From: a virus
Lineage: Duplodnaviria > Caudoviricetes
Reading direction: 5' to 3' (one strand)
IMG/VR virus record: IMGVR_UViG_3300017565_000033
Coordinates: 1-36,213 of that record
Length of the DNA: 36,213 nucleotides
A model generated the notes under the pieces. The model saw nothing but the letters and a program-made list of their open reading frames with translations. It was not told the origin of the DNA and ran no database searches. Below, piece by piece: positions 1 to 8,808 of this stretch. Position 1 is the first letter of the stretch; every line of letters starts with the position of its first letter. The translations under genes were made by a program, and so were the position numbers.

Positions 1-1595
1 GGGTACAGCAAGTGCTGGAAGCCGACCGCGGATTCGCTCAGTGACGCGCCTTCGAGCTGCTTCGGAGTGACAGCGAATTGAGGCGACGCGTTCCCCCGGT
101 TGCCGAAGCTATCCCGAGGCACCACGCGCACGAAGTACGTCGTCCCCGGCATCAGGTCGGCCACGCCGAAAGCCGTCGTGTCGAACGTCCCCCGCAGGGT
201 GGAGCTGCTCGGCGTGAAGCCGCTGGACGTCGAAACGTGCAGCTCGTACCCGGACGCAGCCGGGCCACTCGAAGCAGGGGTGAGCGACAGCGAGAAGCCA
301 TTCACGACGGCCGTCACGTTGATGTTGAGCGGGTCGAGTGGCGGGGACATGTGCGCGGGCTCGCCCAGCCCGGGACGCGTGTCCATCTCCAGCCACATGG
401 AGACGCCAAAGGAGGGCTTCCCGCGCGTTGTAAGCGTGGTGCGTGCGTCGCCTTCCGAGGTGAAGACGTGTCGAAACCCCGTGACTGCCAGGTTCTGCGC
501 GTCCGAGTAGTGAACGCCGTTGGGGAGGAACCGAAAGAGGTCGCCCAGCTCCACCGGCAGGAAGAAGTCGAGGTCGATTTCCTGCTCGGCGAGCGGCTCG
601 CACAAGTCGGACAGGGCCGCGTCCGCCATCCTCCGCGCCTCAACCTCGCTGTTGATGTTGCTCGAAGCGCCCTCGGCAATCTGCATGTAGCGCACGCCGT
701 AGGCGGCCTGACTCGCGGCATCCTCGACGACGACGCTCTTCGTCTTGGCCTGCCCGGTGACGTCCAAGTCCCCCGCGTCCGCATAGACGACCTCCACCTT
801 GTTCCGGACGTCCGTCCTACTGACGGCGAGCTTCGCGACGTCGCGGTAGTCGTCCGGGCCGAAGGTCCACGCGAGCGGCGGATTCGTGCGGTTGGGCTCG
901 GTGAAGGTCAGGGCGAATGTCCCGCTCGACTCGCGCCAGCGATAGCGCGCCTCCCAGCCAATCTGCTGAGCCAACTCGCGAATGGCGTCGAGGACGCTCG
1001 CCTTCTTCTGCGCGTACTGACGAAGCCTCCACCCAGGAGACACCGGGGTATGGAGCACCACGCCCGTCCCGTTGTCCGTCAGGATGGACTGCATCACCGC
1101 TTCGACGGCAACGCCTTGGGCGTCCTCCCCGTAGGCCCGCTCAACCTCGATGAAGGTGTCCTGGAGCCGTCCGCCCAAGTCACGTCCACGGAAGACGAGC
1201 TGTTCGCCTGCGAAGTCGACTTCGTCGATGTCCCCGTGAAAAAGCGTGTGCCACTCGCTCTCGCTGGGCGACATGCCGATGGGCGAAACCGCCGCCTCGA
1301 CGGTGAACTCGCGCCCCGGCCGGATGAGCTGCCCGCTTGCGGCATTCAGCTTCGAGTCGGCCCGAAGCGGGGCCACGCTGAAGAGTTCAATCTGCCGCTT
1401 GAGTGTCACCGTCGCGGCCGACACGGGGTGGTCAACGTCCTCGTCCACCTCGACGGCATCGAGGAAGTCTCGCCCTTCAAGCTGGCTCAGATTCCGCCAC
1501 GTCCCCGCGTCGTCGAGCACCTTCACCCGGACATGGGAAGCGTGCCCGGCCGCACTCGTGAGCGCCGCCATCCCCTGAGACGACATGCTGCGCAT
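1..1595 (-). CDS. Tail tip/hub protein with fibronectin type III-like domain (partial, runs off left edge)
   Basis: Not in the ORF track because there is no stop in the window. Read by hand from ATG 1595 (MRSMSSQGMAALTSAAGHASHVRVKV...), open for 531 codons. FN3-like segment ...YELHVSTSSGFTPSS...LMPGTTYFVRVVPRDSFGN at about 70-345. Lies after the tape measure and Dit-position genes. Confidence 0.8.
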   Translation of the reverse strand, partial: MRSMSSQGMAALTSAAGHASHVRVKVLDDAGTWRNLSQLEGRDFLDAVEVDEDVDHPVSAATVTLKRQIELFSVAPLRADSKLNAASGQLIRPGREFTVEAAVSPIGMSPSESEWHTLFHGDIDEVDFAGEQLVFRGRDLGGRLQDTFIEVERAYGEDAQGVAVEAVMQSILTDNGTGVVLHTPVSPGWRLRQYAQKKASVLDAIRELAQQIGWEARYRWRESSGTFALTFTEPNRTNPPLAWTFGPDDYRDVAKLAVSRTDVRNKVEVVYADAGDLDVTGQAKTKSVVVEDAASQAAYGVRYMQIAEGASSNINSEVEARRMADAALSDLCEPLAEQEIDLDFFLPVELGDLFRFLPNGVHYSDAQNLAVTGFRHVFTSEGDARTTLTTRGKPSFGVSMWLEMDTRPGLGEPAHMSPPLDPLNINVTAVVNGFSLSLTPASSGPAASGYELHVSTSSGFTPSSSTLRGTFDTTAFGVADLMPGTTYFVRVVPRDSFGNRGNASPQFAVTPKQLEGASLSESAVGFQHLLY

Positions 1596-1601
1596 GGATT
1601 C

Positions 1602-2363
1602 CTAAACCTCTCGCAACGTGAATTCGAGCCGCTCGCCGACGACGCGGGCGCCCTGGTGGATGAATTCGACGAACTCGCCGTCCCGCACTTCGCCAAGCAC
1701 CTTCGTCTCGCCGACGGAGAAGGCCCCGCCCGCCGTCAGGTGCGGCAGCGCGCTCCAGGCGCGATTCGAGTGCCACGCCGCCACTTCCGGAATCCACGAG
1801 TCCGGGACGATGAACGGCAGGGCGACGACGTCGTCGAAGCGCCGCGAGTTGACTGCGCCCGTCAGTGCGAGTGAGCCACCGGAGACGCGCAGCCCGCCCG
1901 TGCTCGGCGCAGGCGTCCCCTCAATCCAACGCGCTCCATCGCTCCGGTTGATGACCTGGAGCCAGACGCCCCCTGCCGCGTCGAAGAGGTGGTGCAGCGT
2001 CGTCCAGGGGAGCTTGAGCTGCATCGACCAGGAGCACGACACACCGATGGGAAGTTCAAAGCCGCTACCGAAGCGGGCACCTTGGAAGATGCTCCCCGTC
2101 GCCATGGATGCGGCAAGGCCCCGGCTCGTGAAGGTGTCGCCGTCGAACGCGAGTGCATGGCCGTCCCCGGCAATCAGCCCACGAAAGGCCAGCGCCTCGG
2201 CGGAAGACAGCGGCCCCGTCTTAAACTCCCACTCCTGGCGCGTCGCCCGGCGCCCGAGCCGGTAGACGCCGCTGAACGAGCGCGAGTCGACGCCGATGCT
2301 CACCTGCCTACGCCGTCCCTCGACAACGGGCACGGTGATGCCATTCAAGCTCAGGAAGGGCAT
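1602..2363 (-). CDS. Putative distal tail (Dit-position) protein
   Basis: Immediately follows the tape measure gene; ATG 2363 is 1 nt after the TMP stop, with GGGAG upstream; beta-rich. Function inferred from synteny. Confidence 0.6.
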   Translation of the reverse strand: MPFLSLNGITVPVVEGRRRQVSIGVDSRSFSGVYRLGRRATRQEWEFKTGPLSSAEALAFRGLIAGDGHALAFDGDTFTSRGLAASMATGSIFQGARFGSGFELPIGVSCSWSMQLKLPWTTLHHLFDAAGGVWLQVINRSDGARWIEGTPAPSTGGLRVSGGSLALTGAVNSRRFDDVVALPFIVPDSWIPEVAAWHSNRAWSALPHLTAGGAFSVGETKVLGEVRDGEFVEFIHQGARVVGERLEFTLREV

Positions 2364-2364
2364 C

Positions 2365-4743
2365 TCAATATCTCCCATTCAGCCATTCGCCGTTGCCGCG
2401 ACGTCGGCCCGCCTCGCGCTTCATCTCGATGTAGACCTGCCGGGCTGTCTCGGCCGGGTCATTCGCGGCCTGAATCACAATCTGCCCAACGGTGACGTTG
2501 CCGCCACTCACAGGGACAACGGGGCTCGGCGTGACAGGCGAAGCGCCGTGAAGACTCTGCGACTGCCCAGAAACCGGGTCCTGTGCGTTGAAGCGAGCGA
2601 GGGCCACCTTGAACCCGGAAGGAACGTTTGTGAGTGCCTCGGTCGCCTTCTTCGTGGCGTTGGCGTTTTCCCACTGAGCGACAGCGGCGGCTGAATTCGC
2701 GGCGGCCGACTCGTAAGTCGTATCGCGCAGCGTGTTCAACGCACCGTCGACTTGGTCCATGGGGACTTTCATGCTGTCGAGCCCCCGCGCCATCTTCTCG
2801 AAGGCACCACCGACAAGCGGAATCTTGCTGAGCGCGCGGAAGACGCCGGCAATGAAGCTGATGATGCCGTTCCACACCGTTCCGACACCCTTCACCACGT
2901 AGAGGATTCCCATCGCCACGATTCGAACGACGGCGAAGAACGCCTTCATGATGGGGCCTGCGAGCAGCGCGAGCGGCTGCGTCAGTGCGACGAGAATCTG
3001 TCCCAAGACGGTGATGAGCGGGGCGAGGCCCTGGAAGAGCGTTCCGAGCACCTCCAGCACCGGGGCAATCGCCTGGAGCGGCGCGAGCAGCATTTCGAGC
3101 ACCGGCACGAGTGCGTCGAGCAGCGGCGCCACCATGTTGAAGGCGGACGCGAGGAGCGGGAGCACCGGGGCCAGCACGCGTCCGACGGCATCGGCAACGA
3201 ACTGGATGAAGCCCGCCGTCATCTGAATCAACGTGGCGAACGTCGAGCTTTGCGCGAGCAGCTCGGCAACAACGGCGATGACGCCGCCCCACACGCCGCC
3301 CACGAGCATCCCTTGCTCGAAGCGTTCGAACAGCTCGTAGAGCCCTCCAAGGGCCTGCGTGAATCGGCTCGTGAGGGTTCGCTTCGCTTCGTCGACGGCC
3401 CTGGCCAATGCATCCGCGAGTTCCTTTGCCTTCTTCCGGGCGACTTGCTCGATGACGGCCGCGACGTTGCCGACGCTCGTCAGGAACTCCTTCGCGTTGA
3501 AACTCCCGATTTTGACGCGGCCCGCTTCGATTTCCGGCCCAGCGGACGGCTTGCGCAGCTTGCCCTTCGGCCCGCCGAGCATGTCGTCGAAGACGCCGCC
3601 GAACTTCTCACGGAGGAACGCGGCAGCGTCACCGCCGAGCTGCTTCACGCCATCGAAGGCGTAGCCCGCGCCATAGGAGACGTCCGCCCAAACGGAATCG
3701 AAGCCGTCCTTCAACTTGCCGAGTGCGCTGTCGGCGAAGCCCTTCAGCCCGCCGAGCAGCGCGTCGCCGTTCAGGTTCTTCAACCCTTCGAGCGAGGCCG
3801 CGACACCGTCGAGGTTGAGCGCGCGGGCCAGCGGCGCCGCCATGCGAGCCAGGTTGCGCACGACGAAGGCGAACGTTTCGAGCTGCCCGCGCGCCCACGT
3901 CCCGACAATTGCCCCAAGCCCCGTGAAGAGTTCCCGGAAGAAGGCCACCGCGCGCCCAGTAACCTCGGTGACGCCCCTCCAGGCCGACACGAAGGCGTCG
4001 CGCATGCCGGTGCTCGCGTCGTTCCACGCCTTGTAAAGCGTGCCCGCCAGCATGACGACGCCAGCAACCGCGAGCGCGACAGCGGCCAGGGGCGCCGCCA
4101 CCACGAGGATGCGAGCGGCGGCATTTCGGAAGGCCGCAGCAAAGCCCGCGTCGACCTGCTCAGCGCCCTTCGCGACTTTCTTCAGGTTGCCTTCGACTGC
4201 GGGCGTCTCTCTCCCAACGAAGGCGGAGAAGCGCACGACGGCCTTTCCCGCACCGTCCAGCGCCGGGACGACAACCGTACCCACAATTTCGGCTGTACTC
4301 TTGACGACGCCAGCGGCCTTCCCCAGCGCACCACCCGCGAGCGCCGCCGCAGTCCCCCACACCAGCATGGTTCCGACGGACTGCTTCACCGACGGGTCAA
4401 GCCGTTGGAACCACCCGAGCGCACGTTCCAAGGCGTCGGAGAGTCGCTCAATGTGCGGAAGGATGGCTTCGCCGATTTCAGCGAAGACATTGGTGAAGAT
4501 GAGCTTGATTCTGTCCAAGCGCTCGGTGACGCCGCTATCGAAAACGGCCACGGCGGCAAGCGCGCCATACAGGCCCACGCTGAACAGCCCGCCGATTGCG
4601 CCAATCTTCTTCCCGAGCTTCTCGACTTTGTCGGCAGTCTGAGCGACGTCCGCGACAACGCGCCGCATGGACTTCGAGAATTCGCCAACGGCGGCTGTCA
4701 CGACGACATACAAGTCGCCAACTTTCAAACCGCCGCCAGCCAT
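2365..4743 (-). CDS. Tail tape measure protein
   Basis: 792 aa, Ala/Gly/Leu-rich helical repeats, typical N-terminus (VGDLYVVVTA), downstream of the tail chaperone. Confidence 0.9.
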   Translation of the reverse strand: MAGGGLKVGDLYVVVTAAVGEFSKSMRRVVADVAQTADKVEKLGKKIGAIGGLFSVGLYGALAAVAVFDSGVTERLDRIKLIFTNVFAEIGEAILPHIERLSDALERALGWFQRLDPSVKQSVGTMLVWGTAAALAGGALGKAAGVVKSTAEIVGTVVVPALDGAGKAVVRFSAFVGRETPAVEGNLKKVAKGAEQVDAGFAAAFRNAAARILVVAAPLAAVALAVAGVVMLAGTLYKAWNDASTGMRDAFVSAWRGVTEVTGRAVAFFRELFTGLGAIVGTWARGQLETFAFVVRNLARMAAPLARALNLDGVAASLEGLKNLNGDALLGGLKGFADSALGKLKDGFDSVWADVSYGAGYAFDGVKQLGGDAAAFLREKFGGVFDDMLGGPKGKLRKPSAGPEIEAGRVKIGSFNAKEFLTSVGNVAAVIEQVARKKAKELADALARAVDEAKRTLTSRFTQALGGLYELFERFEQGMLVGGVWGGVIAVVAELLAQSSTFATLIQMTAGFIQFVADAVGRVLAPVLPLLASAFNMVAPLLDALVPVLEMLLAPLQAIAPVLEVLGTLFQGLAPLITVLGQILVALTQPLALLAGPIMKAFFAVVRIVAMGILYVVKGVGTVWNGIISFIAGVFRALSKIPLVGGAFEKMARGLDSMKVPMDQVDGALNTLRDTTYESAAANSAAAVAQWENANATKKATEALTNVPSGFKVALARFNAQDPVSGQSQSLHGASPVTPSPVVPVSGGNVTVGQIVIQAANDPAETARQVYIEMKREAGRRRGNGEWLNGRY

Positions 4744-4749
4744 GACGAA

Positions 4750-5318
4750 TCACCTCTTGCGCAAACGCCGAATGGACTGCTGGCCCGGCGACGACGTGCC
4801 TGGAGCCTGTTGGTTGGAAGAGCGCCTTTCGAGTTCGTCAGCCTCTCTTCGCACATAGGCGACGAGCCCGACGACATCCTCGTAAGGCATTTCACGGACT
4901 GCGTCGGGCGGCAATTTCAGGAGAGAGGCGACCCCGTAGAGCAGGCTCGCTTCGGGGTCGCTGTCTATTTTCCCCGCATCTTCTCTTCGCTCACGTTGAA
5001 GACGTCCGTCAGGTCCGTGGCGAGGTCTTCAAGCCACGACTCGTCGAGCAGCTCGTCGATGTCGTTGACGGAGAACATCGGGCGGCCCGTCTCCGCGTCG
5101 TGAAGCACGCAGACGGCAATGCGCCCCAGCATCCGCGCCCCGGCCCTGTCCCCCGTCGGCTCGTTCTTCTCCGTCATCTCCCCAGCCTCGCGGGCCTGCT
5201 CAATCAGCCGCAGCCGGTCGCCCATCGTCGGCTTGATGATGTTCACCTTGACGCCGTCCACCTCCACCGACTTCAGGACGCGACGATTCTTCGCAAGCAG
5301 CTTGTGCTTGTTCGACAT
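4750..5318 (-). CDS. Tail assembly chaperone, -1 frameshifted form (gpGT-like)
   Basis: The -1 frame after G GGA AAA is open (IDSDPEASLLYGVASLLKLPPDAVREMPYEDVVGLVAY...RRLRKR) to TGA at 4752-4750, 6 nt before the TMP ATG. Confidence 0.8.
4965..5318 (-). CDS. Tail assembly chaperone (gpG-like)
   Basis: 117 aa between the tail tube genes and TMP; ends CGG GGA AAA TAG, containing a slippery heptamer. Confidence 0.85.
   Translation of the reverse strand: MSNKHKLLAKNRRVLKSVEVDGVKVNIIKPTMGDRLRLIEQAREAGEMTEKNEPTGDRAGARMLGRIAVCVLHDAETGRPMFSVNDIDELLDESWLEDLATDLTDVFNVSEEKMRGK
4968..4974 (-). other. Programmed -1 ribosomal frameshift site GGGAAAA
   Basis: X XXY YYZ heptamer in the correct phase directly before the gpG stop codon. 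Confidence 0.85.
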
Positions 5319-5350
5319 GGACTCTCCTTTGGGTGTGAAAAGTGGGTGGC

Positions 5351-6007
5351 TCAGGGCGTGCCGTAGCCCCAGGCAAAGACGGCACCGTCATCCGCCTGGA
5401 AGGCGAAGCCGAGGAACTTCACGGTGTGCTCGTACAGGGCCCCAGGCGTCAGCTTGTGAGACAGCTCGGGCACCTTGACCCACGCGCGGAAGACTTGAGC
5501 TCCAGCGGCCTTATCAACCTCGATGAGCAGCGGCGCCCCATCAGCCAGCGCTTCGGCCACACGCTCCGTCAGCGCCAGCCCCGTCAGCTCCCCCGAGAAG
5601 TCCCGGAGCGACACCGAACGCCGCTTGTAGCCGTCCCCCATGACTTGCAGCTCGACGGCATCGTTCGTCACCGTGAGGGAGACGGAGCGCACCAGCGCAA
5701 CCGGCTGGACGGGCAGCGAGTAGCCCGAGACGCGCACGAGGGCGGACGGGCCCGGAGCGCTGGCGAGGTGGACGTCGCCAAAGAGTGGGTCGACGAAAGC
5801 TTCGGCAGGCGCCCAGGCGTCGGCGTCCCCGCTGGGGGAAACCTCGACGAACACGGATGCTCCGGGATTGAGTCGGCGAAGCTCGGGGTCCGCGATTCGA
5901 AACTCGGTCCCCGTGAAGTCGGGCGCGGGCACGGCTTCGGCTTCGAGGAACTCTTCGGGCTCGCCCGCGACAGACAGGGAGCCGACATGTGCAGCGATAG
6001 CGGACAT
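5351..6007 (-). CDS. Second tail tube-like protein (paralog with inserted domain)
   Basis: N-terminus (AIAAHVGSLSV) and C-terminal half (GYKRRSVSLRDFSGELTG, KLTPGALYEHTVKFLG) align by eye with 6007..6432; TGATG overlap. Confidence 0.65.
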   Translation of the reverse strand: MSAIAAHVGSLSVAGEPEEFLEAEAVPAPDFTGTEFRIADPELRRLNPGASVFVEVSPSGDADAWAPAEAFVDPLFGDVHLASAPGPSALVRVSGYSLPVQPVALVRSVSLTVTNDAVELQVMGDGYKRRSVSLRDFSGELTGLALTERVAEALADGAPLLIEVDKAAGAQVFRAWVKVPELSHKLTPGALYEHTVKFLGFAFQADDGAVFAWGYGTP

Positions 6008-6432
6008 CAGACGGCCACCGGGGCGCCATTGCCCAAGAGCTTGCAGGTGAACTCGACGACGCCGCCCGGGGTCAGCTTCTCGTCGTAGCTGTTGACGACC
6101 ATGGGAATGCGCTTGCCCTTGGAGCCAGCGGAGGCGCTGGGGTCGAAGATGAACGTCACGTAGACGGTGCTGCCGTCATCGCGTGCGTCGCGCAGCACCG
6201 CCTGCGGCGCGTCTCCCTCCATGAAGTGTCCCGACAGGTCAGCGCTGGTGTCCTTCAACGTCTGGACGCGGGACTTGTAGCCCGAGCCGCCGAGGTAATT
6301 CGTCTCGACGAAGTCGCCCGTCTCACTGAGCGACGCATCCGTCAGGCCGTCGACGCGGTCAGCGGACTGCGCGGCGTTCGCGTCCGAGCGCACCGAAACA
6401 CTGTCGAGGTGAGCAGCAACAGGGGTTGCCAT
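6007..6432 (-). CDS. Major tail tube protein
   Basis: 141 aa, motifs GYKSRVQTLKDTSADLSG and PGGVVEFTCKLLGNG resemble siphophage tail tube proteins; synteny. Confidence 0.75.
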   Translation of the reverse strand: MATPVAAHLDSVSVRSDANAAQSADRVDGLTDASLSETGDFVETNYLGGSGYKSRVQTLKDTSADLSGHFMEGDAPQAVLRDARDDGSTVYVTFIFDPSASAGSKGKRIPMVVNSYDEKLTPGGVVEFTCKLLGNGAPVAV

Positions 6433-6443
6433 TCGTAGTTTCC

Positions 6444-6860
6444 CTATCGACTCGGAAAGAGTCGCGAAAGCGTGGCAAGAATCTGAGCGGCAACCGCCTT
6501 GCGGAACTTCGCGCGCCCCCGTCGGGCTGGTTTGCGCAGGAAGTGGACAGGCGTGGCGAAACGTTGCTCGCCCCAGTGAAACCCTTCGTGGATGGCGCCT
6601 GCGGCTTCGTGGGCATACCCAGCCGTCGCGGTGACGCTCGCCTTCGCGTCGTTCCGCTCCGGGCCGTCGATGAACCCGGACGTGCTGAGCGGCGGCTTGC
6701 CGTCCGTGTCCCGAGCGCCCACGGGCACCAGGGCGCGGCTCGCCTGGAGCACCGTCGACGCGTGTTCGCGAGTCAAAGGCGCCAGGTCGGCGAGTACGGG
6801 CCGCTCTACCTTCCGCAGCTTGTCGAGCAGCCTGAAATCAAGAGCAACCTTGAGTGGCAT
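6444..6860 (-). CDS. Neck/tail completion protein (HK97 gp10-like)
   Basis: Motifs SRALVPV, IHEG and HFLRKPA; basic; located in the head-tail connector block. Confidence 0.65.
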   Translation of the reverse strand: MPLKVALDFRLLDKLRKVERPVLADLAPLTREHASTVLQASRALVPVGARDTDGKPPLSTSGFIDGPERNDAKASVTATAGYAHEAAGAIHEGFHWGEQRFATPVHFLRKPARRGRAKFRKAVAAQILATLSRLFPSR

Positions 6861-6865
6861 CGCTC

Positions 6866-6899
6866 CCGGTAAATGCGTGTGACTTTCGCGAGTGGCTCA
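6866..6899 (-). promoter_or_regulatory. 34-bp phage motif copy L1
   Basis: TGAGCCACTCGCGAAAGTCACACGCATTTACCGG; TGA is the stop of 6897..7316; ATG 9 nt after CATTTA. Confidence 0.8.
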
Positions 6900-7316
6900 C
6901 GCGCCCGGGTGAATGAAGGAGGCATTCACGGTGAAGGTCCACCAGTGGCGGTCGCTCCCGTCGGTGCCGATGTAGTTGGGACTGGCTTCGTCCACCTCAA
7001 TCAGCACGTAGGGCTCGGCATTCGCGAGGTGGAGCACGTCGAGGGCCGCGAGCGCGAGCGCCTGTCCCTCCCGGAAGCTCTCACGGGCGGAGCGCACGCG
7101 GACCTGACAGGTAACGGTCCGGTACGTCTTGCGCCCCCCGCCGATGTAGCTCTGCGGCGGGTCCCCTCCGGTTTGCAGCACGAAGCACGCAACGTCCGGC
7201 ACCGTGGCGTCGTCGTCTTCGAGCGTCGGGCCGAGAAACAGGTTGGCCCCGGCGCTCAGCCCGAGGCCCCCAGCGGCGAGAATCGTCGCGAGGTCGGCAG
7301 CGGTGTCGCGGGCCAT
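6897..7316 (-). CDS. Tail terminator / minor capsid-like protein
   Basis: 139 aa, QVRVRS and YIGTDGSDRHWWTFTV motifs; synteny; TAATG overlap. Confidence 0.65.
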   Translation of the reverse strand: MARDTAADLATILAAGGLGLSAGANLFLGPTLEDDDATVPDVACFVLQTGGDPPQSYIGGGRKTYRTVTCQVRVRSARESFREGQALALAALDVLHLANAEPYVLIEVDEASPNYIGTDGSDRHWWTFTVNASFIHPGA

Positions 7317-7639
7317 TAGAGCCAGACCTTCCGGTAGCGCAGGACGCCCGCCCCGTCGACGTGCTCGTCAACGGCGGCAGGGCGGCGGGCGTGGTTGAAA
7401 TCGGTGATGTCGTCGCCCTTGAACCAAAGCCGGTGACGCAGGGTGATGGGGGCCACGGTGTAGACGACGAAGGACGCGACGAACTCGGCGCCGTTGGCGT
7501 CGCGAATCAGCTTGCGACTCGGCTGGATGCGCGCGGGAGCTTCATGGATGGGGCCCAGCAGAGGAGTCCCCCAGGCGTCCCGGCCAATGACTTCGGCGTA
7601 GCTCACCCGCTGGCGGAAGAGGGAAGCGGGCCCGCTCAT
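7316..7639 (-). CDS. Head-closure / head-tail adaptor protein
   Basis: ATG 7639 overlaps the upstream TGA; DAWG and RKLIRDANGAE motifs; synteny. Confidence 0.65.
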   Translation of the reverse strand: MSGPASLFRQRVSYAEVIGRDAWGTPLLGPIHEAPARIQPSRKLIRDANGAEFVASFVVYTVAPITLRHRLWFKGDDITDFNHARRPAAVDEHVDGAGVLRYRKVWL

Positions 7640-8295
7640 CAACTCGCCCTCCACAGCACATGCGGCGCGACGAGCAACTCGGCGCGGGGGCTCGCAAGCC
7701 GCTGGCCCGCGCTCCGCTCCCGGTAGCTCACGGACCAATCCCCGAGGCTCTCGCTGGACACATCGGAGTCACGCCCCCGGCCCCGGTAGAGCGCGCAGGC
7801 TTCGAGGATGGCGGCCTCTTCGACTTCGGCGGGCAGGGTAACGGGGCCCTGAGACGCGTCGAGGGCCACTTGCCCAGGCGTCACGTAGCCGCCCGTGTAC
7901 GTCACCGCCAGCGCATCGGGGCGCCCCTGCCGCATCTCGACGGTCAGCGTGACGAGCCCGCCGACACGCCCCGTCACGGGCCAGAGGCCAGCAAGGCGGT
8001 AGAGGAGTCCCCCCGCCGCGAGGTCCCCGGCAAGGGTGTAGGCCGTGGCATCGAGCAGCTCGCCCCCTTCCGTCACCTGGAGGACTTCGACGAGCGGCGG
8101 GCGGCTCAGGAGGACGTAGGGGCGGCCGTAGCTGTCCGGGTACTCCGTCACCGTGGCCCGCTCGAAGGCCCGGCCGCACAGCCTCGCGATTGCACTGCTG
8201 GCGGCAGTGACGCAGCGCTCGACGTGTGAGTCGGAGGGCACGCCCAGGTCGGCGGCCACGGTGGCGGCAAGGCAGAGGTCAGTCGGGCGGGCCAT
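7639..8295 (-). CDS. Head-tail connector protein (gp6-like)
   Basis: VTYTGGY, LPAEVEEAAIL and SESLGDWSVSY motifs typical of connector proteins. Confidence 0.75.
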   Translation of the reverse strand: MARPTDLCLAATVAADLGVPSDSHVERCVTAASSAIARLCGRAFERATVTEYPDSYGRPYVLLSRPPLVEVLQVTEGGELLDATAYTLAGDLAAGGLLYRLAGLWPVTGRVGGLVTLTVEMRQGRPDALAVTYTGGYVTPGQVALDASQGPVTLPAEVEEAAILEACALYRGRGRDSDVSSESLGDWSVSYRERSAGQRLASPRAELLVAPHVLWRAS

Positions 8296-8319
8296 GGAAG
8301 GGGCTCAGGAGGGCGTAGG

Positions 8320-8358
8320 AACGACGAAGCCGGGGCCCCAGGGAAAGGGAGCCCCGGC
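8320..8358 (-). terminator. Possible intrinsic terminator/attenuator after the capsid genes
   Basis: 11-bp GC stem GCCGGGGCTCC / GGGGCCCCGGC followed by an interrupted U-tract TTCGTCGTT. Confidence 0.45.
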
Positions 8359-8383
8359 CCGGGAAATGCGTCGTGGCGCGGCG

Positions 8384-8797
8384 CTAGGTGGCCGGAATCT
8401 CGTCCGGCCCGCACAGGACAATCAGGCTGGACACGCCGAGCGTGGGGGACGTACCGCCCGTGAGGGCGACCGTCTCGACGACGCGGAGGTAGCGCTGCGC
8501 GGTAGGGAGGCGCACGTTGACCCGGGCCACCGCGTTGGGGGCTGTGAGGGGGACGATTGCGGCATCGGGCAGGTCCGCCCAGCCAGTCTGGCCGTCGGCG
8601 CTCTCCTGGAGCTTGGCGGCCAGCGACAGCGCCGTTGGGGCGCCCGTGGCTGCCCCCGTCGAGGCCGTCAGCACGCACGAGTCGAAGCTGAAGCGGTCGA
8701 CTGCGGCACTGTTCCGCGTCCCCGCGCTCACAGCGGCGGGCACAGTCCCGGGGCGAATGCCGACGAGTACGCCCGCGTCGGTGGAATTGGCGTTCAT
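8384..8797 (-). CDS. Capsid decoration/cement-like protein
   Basis: 137 aa, beta-rich (KLQESADG..W, RYLRVV), directly after the capsid gene. Confidence 0.6.
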   Translation of the reverse strand: MNANSTDAGVLVGIRPGTVPAAVSAGTRNSAAVDRFSFDSCVLTASTGAATGAPTALSLAAKLQESADGQTGWADLPDAAIVPLTAPNAVARVNVRLPTAQRYLRVVETVALTGGTSPTLGVSSLIVLCGPDEIPAT

Positions 8798-8808
8798 GGT
8801 GGAGCCTC

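Noticed and set aside
8359-8395. Possible twelfth motif copy (GCCA...ACGCATTTCCC, minus strand)
   Set aside because: Spacing is 3 nt too long, the central GAA..C.CAC is missing and CATTTA is CATTTC
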